Source: Flaccisagitta enflata (lineage: Eukaryota). From it: a DNA stretch of 64,000 nt. The notes below the pieces were generated by a model, which worked only from the letters and a program-made list of their open reading frames with translations, was not told where the DNA came from and did not search any database. This document shows positions 1-14,908 of the stretch, piece by piece. Numbering within the stretch: the stretch's first letter is position 1; each line of letters begins with the position of its first letter. A program made the position numbers and the translations under genes. The DNA lies in NCBI GenBank assembly GCA_965153355.1, contig OZ231126.1, positions 45,880,001 to 45,944,000 of the forward strand, given 5' to 3'.

Positions 1-1025
1 CGACCTGATCATGTCACCCAGTCTGTTCCGCTCCATCTTGTAGGCATCATAGTCCCGGGGAAGGCCAGATTCCTTATACCGTTTCCACTTCCTCCATTTC
101 ACCGCTCTTTGCTCTTTCAACCTGTTTGCTTTCATCCACGGGAGACGGTGCTTCATCCCTCTTGGTTTACAATGGGGGATATACACCTCCCTCAGTTCAT
201 CAATCTTGCCAACCAGTTTTTCCACCATAACACCAGGCGGGTCTGAAGGGTCATTCTTGTACACCCTCAATTGTTCCTTGATGGCAGTCCAATTGGCCCT
301 TTTGAAGTTGGGCCGTAATCTTGTTGTGTTCTTAAACATCATCTCGCCAACAATCAATGACCACTTCTGACACACATGATCACTTTTACCCAATGGTGGG
401 ATCTCCGTAACCTCGTTCACCATTGTCTCCTCATTAGTGAATACTAGGTCCAGACATGAATTCTGGGTCCCCCTGAACCTAGTAGGCCCTTTCACATGCT
501 GGAATAGATTCATGTCCTCTACCGTTTCAAGGAAGGCTGCTGTGAAGGAACTCTGGCCATCTTGTACCTGGTTGGTCCTCCAATCAATAGATGGGAGATT
601 GAAGTCGTCACAGATCATCAAGAATTCATGCGGGACCGAAGCCACCAACCGCAACAACTTAAGCAAGTTCCGATTGTTTTCGTTGCTTGAGTTAGGGCTT
701 CGATAGACCGTTCCTAGCAGCAGCCTTTTACCATCCATCAGTTTCACCAGGCTCCATGCAGCGCAGTCAAATGACTCACCATCCATCTTTGGGCAGGCTG
801 AATGGTTAAGGGTGTTTTGCATATATAATGCTACCCCTTTTCCCAATCCGCCCCTCCCATCAGAATGGTCTCCTCTGTACAAAGTGTATCCATCAATGCC
901 CAACTCTCCATTGTTGATGTCTTTTGATGCCAGAACGTGCGGCCTCTCACTGTTCACAAGATCCATTATTTCACTCCTTTTATTCATGGCTGATTGGCAA
1001 TTACTATGTATCATAGTAAGCCCAG
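1..1025 (-). mobile_element. CR1/L2-type LINE ORF2 fragment (APE endonuclease plus linker), runs off the window start; probably inactive
   Basis: The minus frame reads MIHSNCQSAMNKRSEIMDLV...GYTLYRGD...GKGVALY...GTVYRSP...ICDDFNLPSIDW...FQHVKGPTR...CLDLVFTN...PPLGKSDH...PWM. These are the standard APE motifs. GDFN is altered to DDFN and the xTE catalytic motif is missing after HVLA. Confidence 0.9.
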
Positions 1026-1245
1026 AAAAAAACATTAGTAGGCTTTTGCCTATCTTTCACGCTATCTGTACCTCTATGTCTGGAGTCACCATTACTGGTG
1101 TTGCCAAATTCTCGGTCACAACTTAGAATACTACATCTACGTCCACCAATTTCTTCATTGGTGTTGCCAGTTTCCTGGTCACAGTTTCCTGGTCCCAGAT
1201 TCTGAAGATAACTCTGCTGAACAAGCAAGACTGTTTAACACAGTA

Positions 1246-1473
1246 ATGAAAAAATGCAAATGCAAAAAATCCCAGTGCAAAAATGGAAGATGCACTTGTT
1301 TTGCAGCCAAAGCAAATTGTTCTTCATTCTGTGAATGCTTGAACTGTTGCAATCCCTATGCACACGATGCTCAAAAACCTCCGGAAGATTCAGACTCAGA
1401 AGAGGAGAGTGATTTGGAAGAGGAAGATGAGGAAGATGAAGAGCAATTGGAAGATCCAAATGAAGAACTCTGA
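1246..1473 (+). CDS. Cys-rich CXC/tesmin-like zinc-cluster ORF with acidic tail; probable terminal exon or 3' remnant of an Academ-like transposase gene
   Basis: CKCKKSQCKNGRCTCFAAKANCSSFCECLNCCN followed by a D/E-rich tail. It is preceded by a possible acceptor (acacag, ending 1243) and followed by AATAAA at ~1520. Confidence 0.6.
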   Translation: MKKCKCKKSQCKNGRCTCFAAKANCSSFCECLNCCNPYAHDAQKPPEDSDSEEESDLEEEDEEDEEQLEDPNEEL

Positions 1474-2014
1474 AGATAAAGCACAATCTTCAAAGGGGTC
1501 ACCTTCATTTTAGCCGGCTAATAAAGGGATTATACAAATGAACTTACTAACTGACAACTCAGGAGTTTTGTACTAGATAGGTTAGGTGAGGCAGGAATGG
1601 AAGGTGGTATCCTAGCCAAACAATTGTTTGGTAAAGATGTGACGAACTAGCCTAGCCAACAGCTACGAGCGCTCATTCCTGTAAACTGAGCCACGAGAGC
1701 CAGAGTGTTAACATCCTTTTTATTCAATAAAAATGGAAATTAACTGTGCTAACTCTGTTAAACAGTAACTGTACAGAAAATAACAAGAAAAACACATAAT
1801 TTTGAAATAATTGTACAGGGACTGTTTATTTGCTGTGGCCAGGCCGAGTTGGCGGGTGCTGTATACAGTGTTTCATACAGGGACTAATTCTTGGAGTAGG
1901 ATTGTAAGGAAGTTATAAGTGGCTGATCTCAGAAAGCCACTTTTTCAATTTTTCCTTACTCTTTTACAGCAAGAAAACCCAACACAATTTATTTTTTGGA
2001 TCGCTCACATATAT

Positions 2015-3590
2015 CCATCACCAAAAATGACCATTTTTGGCATTTTTCAGTTTTACCACGTTGCTTAAAATGGTGATATCTCAGCCATTTTATGAAAGTA
2101 TGGCCTGAAATTTTTTTTGGAACCTCCAAACATCTTATATTAGCAAAACATAAAAAAAATTGGGGTACCCTGACCTTCAAATATTGTTTCTAGGTCAATG
2201 AACTGAAAAAACTGATTTTTTTGAACAATTTTTGTTTTTTTTTTGCCTAATTTTCCTATGAAGCTATTTAAGGAGGGCCAAAAATTTTTACATGATGGTA
2301 GTTGCATTAATAGGAACTTCCATTTCTTTTTTGAAGGCATTCCATTCATTTTTGTAGTCACAATGAAAAAAAAACTATTTATTTTTTGCTTTAGGGGCCC
2401 TTTTTGGGCCTTTTTAGGTACCCCACAATAGCCCCATCATTATGATTCCTGTTTTTGTAATCTCTTACATCTTGTAGTGTCCCCAACTATGAATTAAAAT
2501 GAACGGGACCCCTTTTTGTACCCAATTGTTTTGAAAAATCACCAAAAATGACCATTTTTGGTGTTTTTCAGTTTTACCACGTTGCTTCAAATGGTCATAT
2601 CTCAGCCATTTTTTGGAAATATGTCCTGAAATTTTTTTTGGAACCTCCAAACATCTTATAATAGCAAAATAGAAAAAAAAATTGGGGTACCCTGACCTTA
2701 AAATATTGTTTTTAGGTCAATGAACTAAAAAAACTGATTTTTTTGGAGCGATTTTTGGTTTTTGTGGCCAAATTTTCCTATGAAACCATTTAAGGGGGGC
2801 CACAAATTTTTACATGATGGTAGTTGCATTTATTAGGAACTTCCATTTCCAATAGGAAGGCATTCCATTCATTTTTGTAGTCACAATGAAAAAAAAAACT
2901 ACATATTTTTCGCTTTAGGGGCCCTTTTTGGGCCTTTTTAGGTACCCCACAATAGCCCCATCATCATGATTCCTGTTTTTATAATCTCTTACATCTTGTA
3001 GTGTCCCCAACTATGAATTAAAATAAACGGGACCCCTTTTTGTACCTAATTGTTTAAAAAAATCACAAAAAATGACCATTTTGGGCATTTTCCATTTTTA
3101 CCACGTCGCTTAGAATGGTCATATCTCAGCCATTTTTTGGAAATATGGCCTGAAATTTTTTTTGGAACCTCTAAACATCTTATATTAGCAAAATAGAAAA
3201 AAAAATTGGGGTACCCTGACCTTAAAATATTAATTTTAGGTCAATGAACTAAAAAAACTGATTTTTTTGGAGCGATTTTTGTTTTTTGTGGCCAAATTTT
3301 CCTATGAAGCCATTTAAGGAGGGCCACAAATTTTTGCATAATGGTAGTTGCAAATATAAGGAACTTCCATTTCAAATTTGAAGGCATTCCAATAATTTTT
3401 TTGGCCTCAATGAAAAAAAAACTATTTATTTTTTGCTTTAGGGGCCCTTTTTGGGCCTTTTTAGGTACCCCACAATAGCCCCATCATCATGATTCTTGTT
3501 TTACTAATCTCTTACATCTTGAAGTGTCCCCAACTATGAAATTAAACACTTGGCCTCCATTTTAGTACCAAATTTTGGCCAAAAATACCC
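2015..3590. repeat. Three tandem copies of a ~523-bp unit (possible transposon subterminal array)
   Basis: The block 'aaaaatgaccatttt...ggggtaccctgacctt...gtgtccccaactatgaa' recurs at ~2021, ~2542 and ~3066 with high identity. Confidence 0.9.
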
Positions 3591-3893
3591 AAAAATAGTA
3601 GTATAGTTTTTTGGGGGCCGTTTCTAAACGCCCCCGCGTAGGGCTCTAAAAATGTCACGGTTGGATTCCCCAGGTTTTTTTACACAAAATTGGGTCTTTT
3701 TTAGCCTCGTCGCTAGATTTTTTTTTTTTTTAACGTAGCCCAACTTGTGCATGTGGCGGCAAAGCGGTGTACGCCTCTAGAATTGATCAATGATCAATCG
3801 TCATGGAAAAAGCGTAAAGACCATTGTTAAATGCCATGAATAAGGATCGACCAAATGACCAACTGCTGACAAAAATGTGTGATTTCACTTATA

Positions 3894-4636
3894 CAGTATG
3901 TTTTTTCTGAACTGACACAAATGAAAATCTTTTAACTTTGGGACGGAACGAGATATTTAAAATCCGAAAAAAGTGCTAGATAGATTTTGGTTTGCAGATT
4001 TTTCATGTTCTTTTCATATGGTTTATTATGAAATGGTGCAACCATCATGTAATAACAAGCCAAGTCAGTGTTTTTAAAAAAAATTGCAAAATTCATGAGC
4101 AAAATTCTTATGAAATCATTACAACTTCATATCTTTTATCCTGATTTTGATCCAAGACGCTGTAGTGAACAAATTGAATTGACTTATTTCTCCAATTCGA
4201 GTTAAAAACACAAGTGGCTCAATTATCATCAACATTTTGCACCAAAAATGTGTTTTTTTGCAAAAAAATGATAAGTTTGTGACTCTAAACTTAAAATTGG
4301 TAATTCTGTCACTATGATGAGACCGAATAAGCATCTATGATTAGTTTTCTTTTATTTAAGACCACTCCTGGAGTTTTAGCTTGATTTATAGAGATTCAGC
4401 ATGAATTTAAGATAATGTACTTAAGAGATGCTTTTGAGAATTTATACTGTTTGAGAAATGAACATTTTGATTTACATAAAGTGGGGGCCTACTTTCTTAA
4501 ACTGATGGATCATTCCTTTGAAGATAAAAAATCTGCAGACCAAGATCTATCTAGCGTTTTTTTCGGATTTTGAATATCTTGCTCCATTGCAAAGTTATAA
4601 GATTTTCATTTGTGTCAGTTCAGAAAAAACATACTG
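3894..4636. mobile_element. Tc1/mariner-type MITE with ~140-bp terminal inverted repeats (TIRs) and TA TSD
   Basis: ta|cagtatgttttttctgaactgacacaaatgaaaatc ... gattttcatttgtgtcagttcagaaaaaacatactg|ta. Confidence 0.9.
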
Positions 4637-4704
4637 TACCACTCTGATATTCTGATGAAATTACGATGCAAATACAAAATGGATGATACAATCTAATAAT
4701 CAGC

Positions 4705-5161
<457 letters not shown>

Positions 5162-5276
5162 CCTAAATCTATGACGGTAGCATAGCAATACTTAAAAAAA
5201 ATACTTTGAAAGAAGATAAAAGCTGAACTTGTACTTCTCTCCAAATAAATGTCAAAGCATACTCAGTTAGGCGTGT

Positions 5277-5395
5277 TTTTTAGGTGCGCCAAAGCACCGC
5301 TATAACTGGCTGTGTCCGTTGGTCGGTCTGTCGGTCGGGTAACGCATTCGTTTGACGATCCACACGGCGCACTTTATTGGCCTACTTGGCCTTTT
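5277..5395 (+). mobile_element. HINE/DINE-1-like short element, family C (other copies at 43016-43150, 43153-43278, 51416-51542)
   Basis: ttttaggtgcg..aagcacc hairpin, GTCG/GTTG microsatellite, and a 3' ggcctacttggcc hairpin followed by a T-run. Confidence 0.75.
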
Positions 5396-5624
5396 TTTTC
5401 AGTAATCGATTCTGTCTTATGGTTTTTGAGAGTTGAGTGTCGCCGTCATCTTTTGTCTCATTTGAGAAAAGTCATATCGTAAAAGAAGTAGAGGAGATGC
5501 ATTTCATTCATAATGGTGTTGACATTTAGAGTCTGGCAAAAAGGCGGTAATGTTTGTCCCATTGAGTTCTACACGGCTTTCACTTTGTCTTCTTGAGCTG
5601 CCACCCAACAAATACACAAATGAA

Positions 5625-5790
5625 AAAGGCCGGATACACGGCCATCAGTTGCGGACGGGTGGGCAGGGGCAGAAATGCGCAATTTCCCACTTTTCAACTG
5701 GATCACCACGGACCGACCGACCAACCGACCGACCGACCGACAACGGACGGACAAAGCCTCTTATAGAGTTGCGTGTCCGCAACTAAAAAG
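5625..5790 (-). mobile_element. HINE/DINE-1-like short element, family B (other copies at 14113-14240, 14320-14492, 17881-18047, 33966-34112, 50962-51200, 62205-62418, 63716-63876)
   Basis: Reverse complement reads tttttagttgcggacacgcaactctata...(gtcc/gtcg)n...cccctgcccacccgtccgcaact...ggccgtgtatccggcctt. Confidence 0.8.
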
Positions 5791-6386
5791 GAAAATAAGA
5801 TCAATAGATTGACGAGCAGGGACAGTGGACTAGACTCCGTCATTATCAACAGGACCTCGTCCATTTGCAGCCGCTGCCCAAAACATTGCCAACAGTGAAT
5901 TGAATACAAAGTCATCAACCTACGGCGCTTGATTCAATCGAGGGCCACCGAGTAATGAGATTTTCACGTATAAGCGTTTTTTCTTTCTTCCTTTCGTTGA
6001 TCGTTGCTCTACTATCCTTGTTTGCGTTTGCGTCGGTATTAAATTGACCGCGTTAATGGCATCTGCACGAACCTCAAAAGGTCGAGAGGTGTAATATGCA
6101 TTAAATGGATGAAGGAGAGAGAAAGAGAGACAGAAAGAGCCTTAGAGTCACTCATAAAGTTATCACGAGTCAATAATATTAGCATCGAGAAATTCTTGAT
6201 GCAAGATGTGTTCGCGTGATAATGGTTGCTACGTCTGATAGCATTTTTGTTGTTGTTGAGTTTGTTGCATGTGGTAGGGTTAGATAAGGTGTGTGGTGGT
6301 CACCGATCATTCAATTGAGGCGGCTGGTGCATGGTGCGTCCGCCATTCAATGTCGTCATTGCCCGAACAGCTTTTGTTAAAGCGCA

Positions 6387-6423
<37 letters not shown>

Positions 6424-6549
6424 ATATAGTAATTGTATTTGCGGTCTATATGTCACCTTCCCACGCGCCTTGTAAAAACAAGCGACTTTTATCCGCCATT
6501 TTTTAGTCGCCTGAATCATTTAAACGTCCTCGACATGTTTGTGCATGAA

Positions 6550-6816
6550 CAGTCAGTGGAGAAAACGGTATTTGTAGATATGTCAGCTATTTGGCATATC
6601 TCAACAGGTTGAGATCTCTCATTCAAGCATATTTCAACCTGTTGAGATCTCTCATTTCAGCACATTTCAACCCGTTTAGATCTTTCATTCTACAAGATTT
6701 GTCTTAGTAGATAAGAGATCTCAACGGGTTGAAATGTGCCAGAATGAAAGATTTCAATGCGTTGAGATATGCCAAATTGCTGACATATCTGCAAATACCG
6801 AAATGTCCATAGACTG
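6550..6816. mobile_element. Palindromic MITE with CAGTC termini and 4-bp TSD (TGAA)
   Basis: tgaa|cagtcagtgga...cggtatttgtagatatgtcagc ... gctgacatatctgcaaataccg...tccatagactg|tgaa. Confidence 0.8.
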
Positions 6817-7220
6817 TGAAACCTCGTCAATGTTATCGTAGTTTATATTTCCTCCGTATTTCCCCTTTTCTCCTCACAAGAGATGAACGGGAGGCTATTT
6901 GAGGTATTTTCTCTCCGGACATTTCTTTCCTTCCTTCCTTCCTTCCTTCCTTCCTTCCTTCCTTCCTTCCTTCCTTCCAAGACAGACCATAGCAAAAGAG
7001 GCGGAACTCAAATGAGGAAAAGGAGTTTGAATTCCTTTCCTCTCATTACTTTATCTCCACCGCCGTGATTATTCTTAATTGGCAAAGACACAATTTCTTA
7101 ACGAGGTTCATTCTCTATATCGTAAAACCTTCTGTTGTTCTTCTTCTTCCACTGATGTCCTGCACTCTCTGTCTCTTTGTCTGTCTTTCTGTCTCTCTGT
7201 CTGTCTGTCTGTCTGTCTGT

Positions 7221-7347
<127 letters not shown>

Positions 7348-8450
7348 AGTTGGCCTTTTCTCAGTTTTGTTACGTGTGTCCAGTCCAAACCTAACGGTTT
7401 GTATGATTATATCTTTTGACTTAATCATGGATTTCATTACTTTTATCTGTCATGTACAAATGGAGGGGGACGAGATGTAAAAGGGTGCTTAAGCATCCGG
7501 AAGTTTCTTCGAAAGATTGGCGGACTGATTGACTGATAGACAGACTGACAGACAAAGAGCCCAAAAAACTTGATTCTGGAACAACACCGTAAAGATGGAG
7601 ACAAGAAGTGTTTACGCTCTGCTACTGTTTCCATTTAAGCGAAATTTTCGTCCCGCAACCATTTGCTTCCGTAATATTGATTGTTTGAAAAAGGTCTGTC
7701 TCTTCTTCTGTCTCTCTGTCTTTCCACATTCTCCCTTTTAAAGAGATAAAACCAAACCAGTTTGTTGTTCCCGCCACCGAATTTATTGATTCGTCTTTTT
7801 TTCAAACTTTCCTTCCCTACTTCTTTGGCACAAAGCAGATTTTCCTAGGTTGCTCCATATTCAACATGACACCCAGAAAGTCGAACAATATCATATCACC
7901 ATCCCTTGTTTCTATAGAACATTTCGTTCAAAAGACAAATAAGGGATAGTGATACCCGTACCCGTACATTGGGAATATGTCCATCTCTCTCCTTGTGATT
8001 CTGTCTAGAGAGGTTTTAATCAACAAGCATCAACCTCATGGTGAGCCGACCTTTGAGCTTCTTTGACCTTAATCGAAACCACTAAAAACCATGAGGCAGA
8101 TTTGGATCTTAAGGGACATGATTTTGACACTTTGATGAACTCTAGGGCTCAGTCAAGGGGCCACATTTCTGCGTCTGTATGTTGAGAATCTGAGTGTCTG
8201 AAATTTGGGATTGTTGTTGTGTGACTTGGATTTGGGCTTGGAAGAAAATAATTGGGAAAAATCGAGTTGTCCCCATCCCAGCCGCATTCTAAAAGCTTTA
8301 AGACGCGTGAAAATTGAAACCGTTTTAACCCAAAATATCCAGCTAACATTCTGGTAGGATAACCACGTCCAAACAGGCACTGGGACAATGCGATACGAAT
8401 AAACCTTACATCTCATCTTAAGGTAAATGAACTCCAGTTCGTTCATCAAG

Positions 8451-8636
8451 ATGTTTCTCTTCCTTTTACTGATTTTGACACCAATGAAGCTTTTATTTGC
8501 CGCTGATTTTGGGCGAGTCAAGGATATGTCTGACTTCGAAATGACGCAGAAAACCACCTCTGTTCGAAAAATGGGCACTTTCCGATTTTCGCTCTCGCCC
8601 TCGCTCGTAACAATGGGAGGCGACGACGGTAGAAAA
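8451..8636 (+). CDS. F-type lectin gene A, exon 1 (signal peptide; alternative upstream in-frame ATG at 8427)
   Basis: MFLFLLLILTPMKLLFA-ADFGRVKDMSDFEMTQKTTSVRKM aligns with paralog B exon 1. Phase-0 donor aaa|gtaagg at 8637. Confidence 0.8.
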
Positions 8637-8897
8637 GTAAGGAGAAAGTGAATGGCAACACTAAAACGTGGTCATTACTGTACCAAAAACCCTATGAGTA
8701 ACGATGGCAGTTGGGTATATTGGCCATTCCGACCTGCCCTATTACTTCTAAGCAAATTCACATCGCTCTTCTAAACTCTTTACAAAACGGCACGTAAACA
8801 TCGCGGCCTTGCATGAACTAGGCCCTTTGATTGAGGCAGTCATAATTTCTTGTTTCTGTTAAGGATATCCTATACAAATGCTCTTCTCCTTGTGCAG

Positions 8898-9210
8898 AAA
8901 TGGAATCAAACACTTTTCTTCCCCATTCCTGCGGCGACTGTTGTAAATACGATATCATTTCGGCCATTCATCTTGAGAGAAACTGGACGCCAATGGAAGA
9001 TTAGAGCATGTATGAACTCCAACTGCTCCGCGAGTTACAAGCTTAAGTGGGAAAATCTGGGTAAAGGCACTCTACCTAAGAATCTCGCCGAGGATCAGAT
9101 CATTGTCATCAACGCCCCATTTTCCGTTGTTGCAACTTCAACAGGATGTTTGGCATTACATCTCGGAAATGGATTTATGGTCAAGGGCCTAGAATTCACG
9201 AGGAACATCG
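8898..9210 (+). CDS. F-type lectin gene A, exon 2 (uncharacterised N-terminal beta-rich domain)
   Basis: Acceptor ttctccttgtgcag, donor g|gtgaga, 313 nt (phase 0 to 1). KWNQTLFFPIP...WKIR...GTLPKNL..DQIIV...CLAL.L.NG...FTR is conserved with paralog B. Confidence 0.88.
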
Positions 9211-9573
9211 GTGAGATTCTTGCTTAATCCAACCACTTTGACGATGTCCACTTGATGTCTATGTTTAATAGTGTTGACAAGTTCATTTGTAAATCTGGCG
9301 ACAAAAGTACTCTAAAACGGTTGGGCCATTTTCTTTTCCTTTTGCTTAACTTTACGTATACTTTCGGTCATATAGTGGGCTTAGTGGCTCTCTCGGCTGG
9401 ATGGTTCGTCCGTCATTATTTATCCATCTATCCGTCCATTTTCTCCATCAACATATCCTCATTCTACTTATTATTGTCCCGGAAATAATATCCCAATGGC
9501 ACATATGTTTTTAACCACGACAACCTACACTGTACACGCGAATGAGATTGCTTTGTATACGACCTTGTATTAG

Positions 9574-9707
9574 GTGACATAGCAAAAACGGCAAAGATAA
9601 CAGCGTCTTCAAAGTACAGATTTAGTGATGATCCATATAGACTGGTTGATGGCATCATCAGTGGATCCAACAATAAACAGTTTCACGCAAGATGCTTCCA
9701 CACCAGG
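9574..9707 (+). CDS. F-type lectin gene A, exon 3 (start of the F-type lectin domain)
   Basis: Acceptor ttgtattag, donor agg|gtaagt, 134 nt (phase 1 to 0). Reads GDIAKTAKITASSKYRFSDDPYRLVDG...RCFHTR. Confidence 0.9.
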
Positions 9708-9836
9708 GTAAGTTTTTTTAAAAGAATTGTTACATCAAAGCTTCTGTCGAACACAGCACAATGGAAGGGACTCAGGGGCGTAGGAGAGTTAGATTTTTAG
9801 GGCATGCCACCCCCAAATTAGTCTCCGACAAATTTA

Positions 9837-10246
9837 CTACTCGACTAAAAAAAAAAGCCGCACCCTGTTTTGAGTTGATGTATAAGAAAAAAAAATTATT
9901 TGAAAATTTTTTTGTTAAAATAATTTGAAATATTTTTGAATTTTCTTTTATTCTAGACCAATCTCAGATCTGTATCTCAAACGGTTTAGGAGCTAGAGCT
10001 CTGCAAAGATAAGCACTATTTTGGTAAAATGCATTTTTTTCATAGGGATTGCGAAGCTAAAATAGGCAACATTTTTACTCAAACTAATGCCATTTCTAAA
10101 CAAAAAAAGATAGCAATACCAGATTGGCGCCAAATGAAAGATCTTTTCAAGAGCTTTCTAATGGTCTAAGATTTTAATCAGTTTTTTTGAAATTTAGTAT
10201 GACAATTTGCTATTTAAAAGTGCGGCTTTTTTATTGAGTCGAGTAG
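9837..10246. mobile_element. Nested MITE with TA TSD
   Basis: ta|ctactcgactaaaaaaaaaagccgcac ... gtgcggcttttttattgagtcgagtag|ta. It is absent from the sister copy at ~15488. Confidence 0.85.
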
Positions 10247-10626
10247 TAGTGTCCCAACAGAAACTAACTTATGGTTTTTGGTCATAAACTGTAAAAAACA
10301 ATGAGTATGGCTGTACTTTTGCTTGCTTCATGAATTGTGTTTAGTGAAAAGAAAATTTTTAGCAGTTTTTTATTGTTTCCAGAATTCTTTTTTAATGAAT
10401 AAAAATTTCATGATAATTTTTGAAAAAATAAAATTACAGTTCTTGTAATATAGTTACAAATTCTTCCACACACATCCCCCCACCCTGGTTAAGGTAAAAG
10501 ATCAAGGGGTTTGGAAATGAAGAAGGAAATGAAAAAATTAAGTTTTGGCAGCACTAAAAAGTGATATTTAGTTACTACAATACCATTTAATACCAGTTAA
10601 ACCAAAACATTACTATAAAAAGGGTA

Positions 10627-11380
10627 CCCTGCTTTCAAAAGCGACTGATACCAGCTAAACCTTTATTGTGCTTAAAGTATTCATTTTAGAAGATCCGGAT
10701 TAGTTCTGTCCCAAAGCAAATAACCTACCATTTGTTCATACAAAATTTCAAAGTACCAAGTCTTGCGGTTAGGTTTCTACATCACTTCGAAATTTAAGGA
10801 TATTTTGCTCAAATATTGCATTTTTAAGGACATTTTTATTAACAAACTCTTGTATATTGGTAGAAATAGGTCTAAACGGACCAGAATTGTTGTATTTGGA
10901 TGGTAATCTACTCTTTTTCTGCATTGTTTTTGATTTTTCACCATTTTTAGAAAAAATGTTTGCATATATTAACAGGTGATATGACAAAAACCCTGTTCAA
11001 ATCTAAAAAAATGAAGAAAAACTCGGATTTTCGCATGAAATCAACTTTATTTAGTCATTCTTTTTCTTTAGATATATCAACTAATACTAACATTTATCTT
11101 TCAAGGCCATTCTGGTTATTTTTGTTCATTCATATGGATTCGAGATCAATTAAAAGCCATAGGGTTAGTATATCGATTTCTAGAGAAGCCAGTCATGAGG
11201 TTTTTCACATTTTTTTTCAAAGTTATGTGGAGGCCAAACTACCCGACTTTGTCTTATGAAATTTTACATGAAAAAATGGTAGCTTATGTGCTTTCAGATG
11301 CAACCAACCAGGATTTCTCAAAATGAGTTGTTTGTCCACAATAAAAGTTTAGCTGGTATCACTTGCTTTTGAAAACAGGG
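10627..11380. mobile_element. Nested MITE with long imperfect TIRs and TA TSD
   Basis: ta|ccctgctttcaaaagcgactgataccagctaaacctttattgtg ... cacaataaaagtttagctggtatcacttgcttttgaaaacaggg|ta. Confidence 0.8.
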
Positions 11381-11493
11381 TATATAGGGAAAAAAATTAA
11401 CTTTTGGTGGTAAAAAAAATCCCAGGGGAAAATCAAGGCATGTGCAACTATACATCCATGGAGAAAAATTTGTGACAAAGAAGATTTTTTCTT

Positions 11494-11550
<57 letters not shown>

Positions 11551-11575
11551 CTTGCTTGGTCTGCATTTTTTTCTT

Positions 11576-13070
<1,495 letters not shown>

Positions 13071-13419
13071 CTTTTCTTTCTTCTTCCCTTATTTTTGGGC
13101 AGCGGCCCCAAAGGGGACGAATTCCTGTAGAACACAGGGGGACTTTCGTTCATTCGTCTGTCCGTTCGTCCCCCCCATCAGGCTCCTCAGACCTCAAATC
13201 TGGCCTCTGAGACCTCAAATCTAGCCTCTCAGACCCCCAATCTGGCCTCTCAGGCCTCAAATCCGGCCTCTCAGGCCTCAAATCCAGCCTCTCAAGCCTC
13301 AAATCCAACCTCTCAGGCCTAAAACCTGGCCTCTCAGGCCTAGAATTAGGCTTCTTAGGCCTCAAATCCAAATCCTTAGGCCTCAAACCTGGCCTCTCAG
13401 GCCTCAAACCTGGCTTCTC

Positions 13420-14775
13420 ATTTTTTGTTTAACGAATGTCATTTTTCGCTCAACGAATGTCATTTTTCATTCAACAAATGTCATTTTTCATTCAACGTAC
13501 GACATTTTTTGCTCAACGAATGTCATTTTTCATTCAACGTATGACATTTTTTGCTCAACGAATGTCATTTTTCATTCAACGTATGACATTTTTTGCTCAA
13601 CGAATGTTATTTTTTGATCAACGAATGTCATTTTTCGCTCAACAAATGTCATTTTTCGTTCAAGGAATGTCATTTATCGTTCCAAGAATGTCATTTTTTG
13701 TTCAACGAAAGTCATTTTTCATTCAACAAATGTCATTTTTTGTTCAACGAATGTCATTTTTTGTTCAACCAATGTCATTTGTTCAACGAATGTCATTTTT
13801 CGTTCAACGAATGCCATTTTTTGTTCAACGAATGCCATTTTTCGCTCAACGAATGTCATTTTTTGCTCAATGAATGTCATTTTTCGTTCAACAAATGTCA
13901 TTTTTCGTTCAACGAATGTCATTTTCTTTTCAACAAATGTCATTTTTCGTTCAACGAATGTCATTTTTCGTTCAACAAATGTCATTTTTCGTTCAACGAA
14001 TGTCTTTTTTTGTTCAACAAATGTCATTTTTCGTTCAACAAATGTCATTTTTCGTTCAATGAATGTCATATTCCGTTCAACAAACATCATTTTTTGTTCA
14101 ACGAATGTCATTTTTAGTTGCGGACACGCAACTCTATAAGGGGCCTTGTCCGTCCGTCCGTTGGTTGGTTGGTCGCTCCGTAACCACGAGTTGAAAAGTG
14201 AGAAAATGCGCATTTCCGCCCCTGCCCATCCGGCCTTGTTTGCTCAACGAATGTCATTTTTTGTTCAACGAATGTCATTTTTCGTTCAACGAATGTCATT
14301 TTTTGTTCAACAAATGTCATTTTTAGTTGCGGACACGCAACTCTATAAGAGGCTTTGTCCGTCCGTCCATCCATCCGTCCGTCCGTCCGTCGGTTGGTCG
14401 GTCGGTTGGTCCGTGAACACGAGTCGAAAACGCTTATTTCCGCCCCTGCCCACCTGTCCGCAACTGGTATCGGCCGTGTATCCGGCCTTGTTCGTTCAAC
14501 AAATGTCATTTTTCGTTCAACGAATGTCATTTTTTGTTCAATGAATGTCATTTTTCGTTCAACGAATGTCATTTTTCGTTCAACGAATGTCATTTTTTGT
14601 TCAACGAATGTCATTTTTCGTTCAACAAATGCCATTTTTTGTTCTACGAATGTCATTTTTTGTTCAACGAATGTCATTTTTCGCTCAACGAATGTCATTT
14701 TTTGTTCAACGAATGTCCTTTTCCATTCAACGAATGTCATTTTTCATTCAACAAATGTCATTTTTCGCTCAATGA
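13420..14775. repeat. 21-bp minisatellite (ttcaacgaatgtcatttttcg)n interrupted by two family-B elements
   Basis: Direct reading; this array is the source of the spurious QRMSFFV-repeat ORFs. Confidence 0.95.
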
Positions 14776-14841
14776 ATGACCCCGCATGCCCGGCATGCCC
14801 TTGTCCTACGCGCCTGGTGATGATTATGGTTTTGATGATTG

Positions 14842-14908
<67 letters not shown>

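Noticed and set aside
8571-8580. Possible non-canonical GG splice donor in gene A exon 1 (atg|ggcac, aligned with atg|gtcac in gene B)
   Set aside because: Both genes have strong in-frame canonical donors slightly downstream (aaa|gtaagg at 8637; caa|gtaaga at 24347), so no non-canonical intron is needed.
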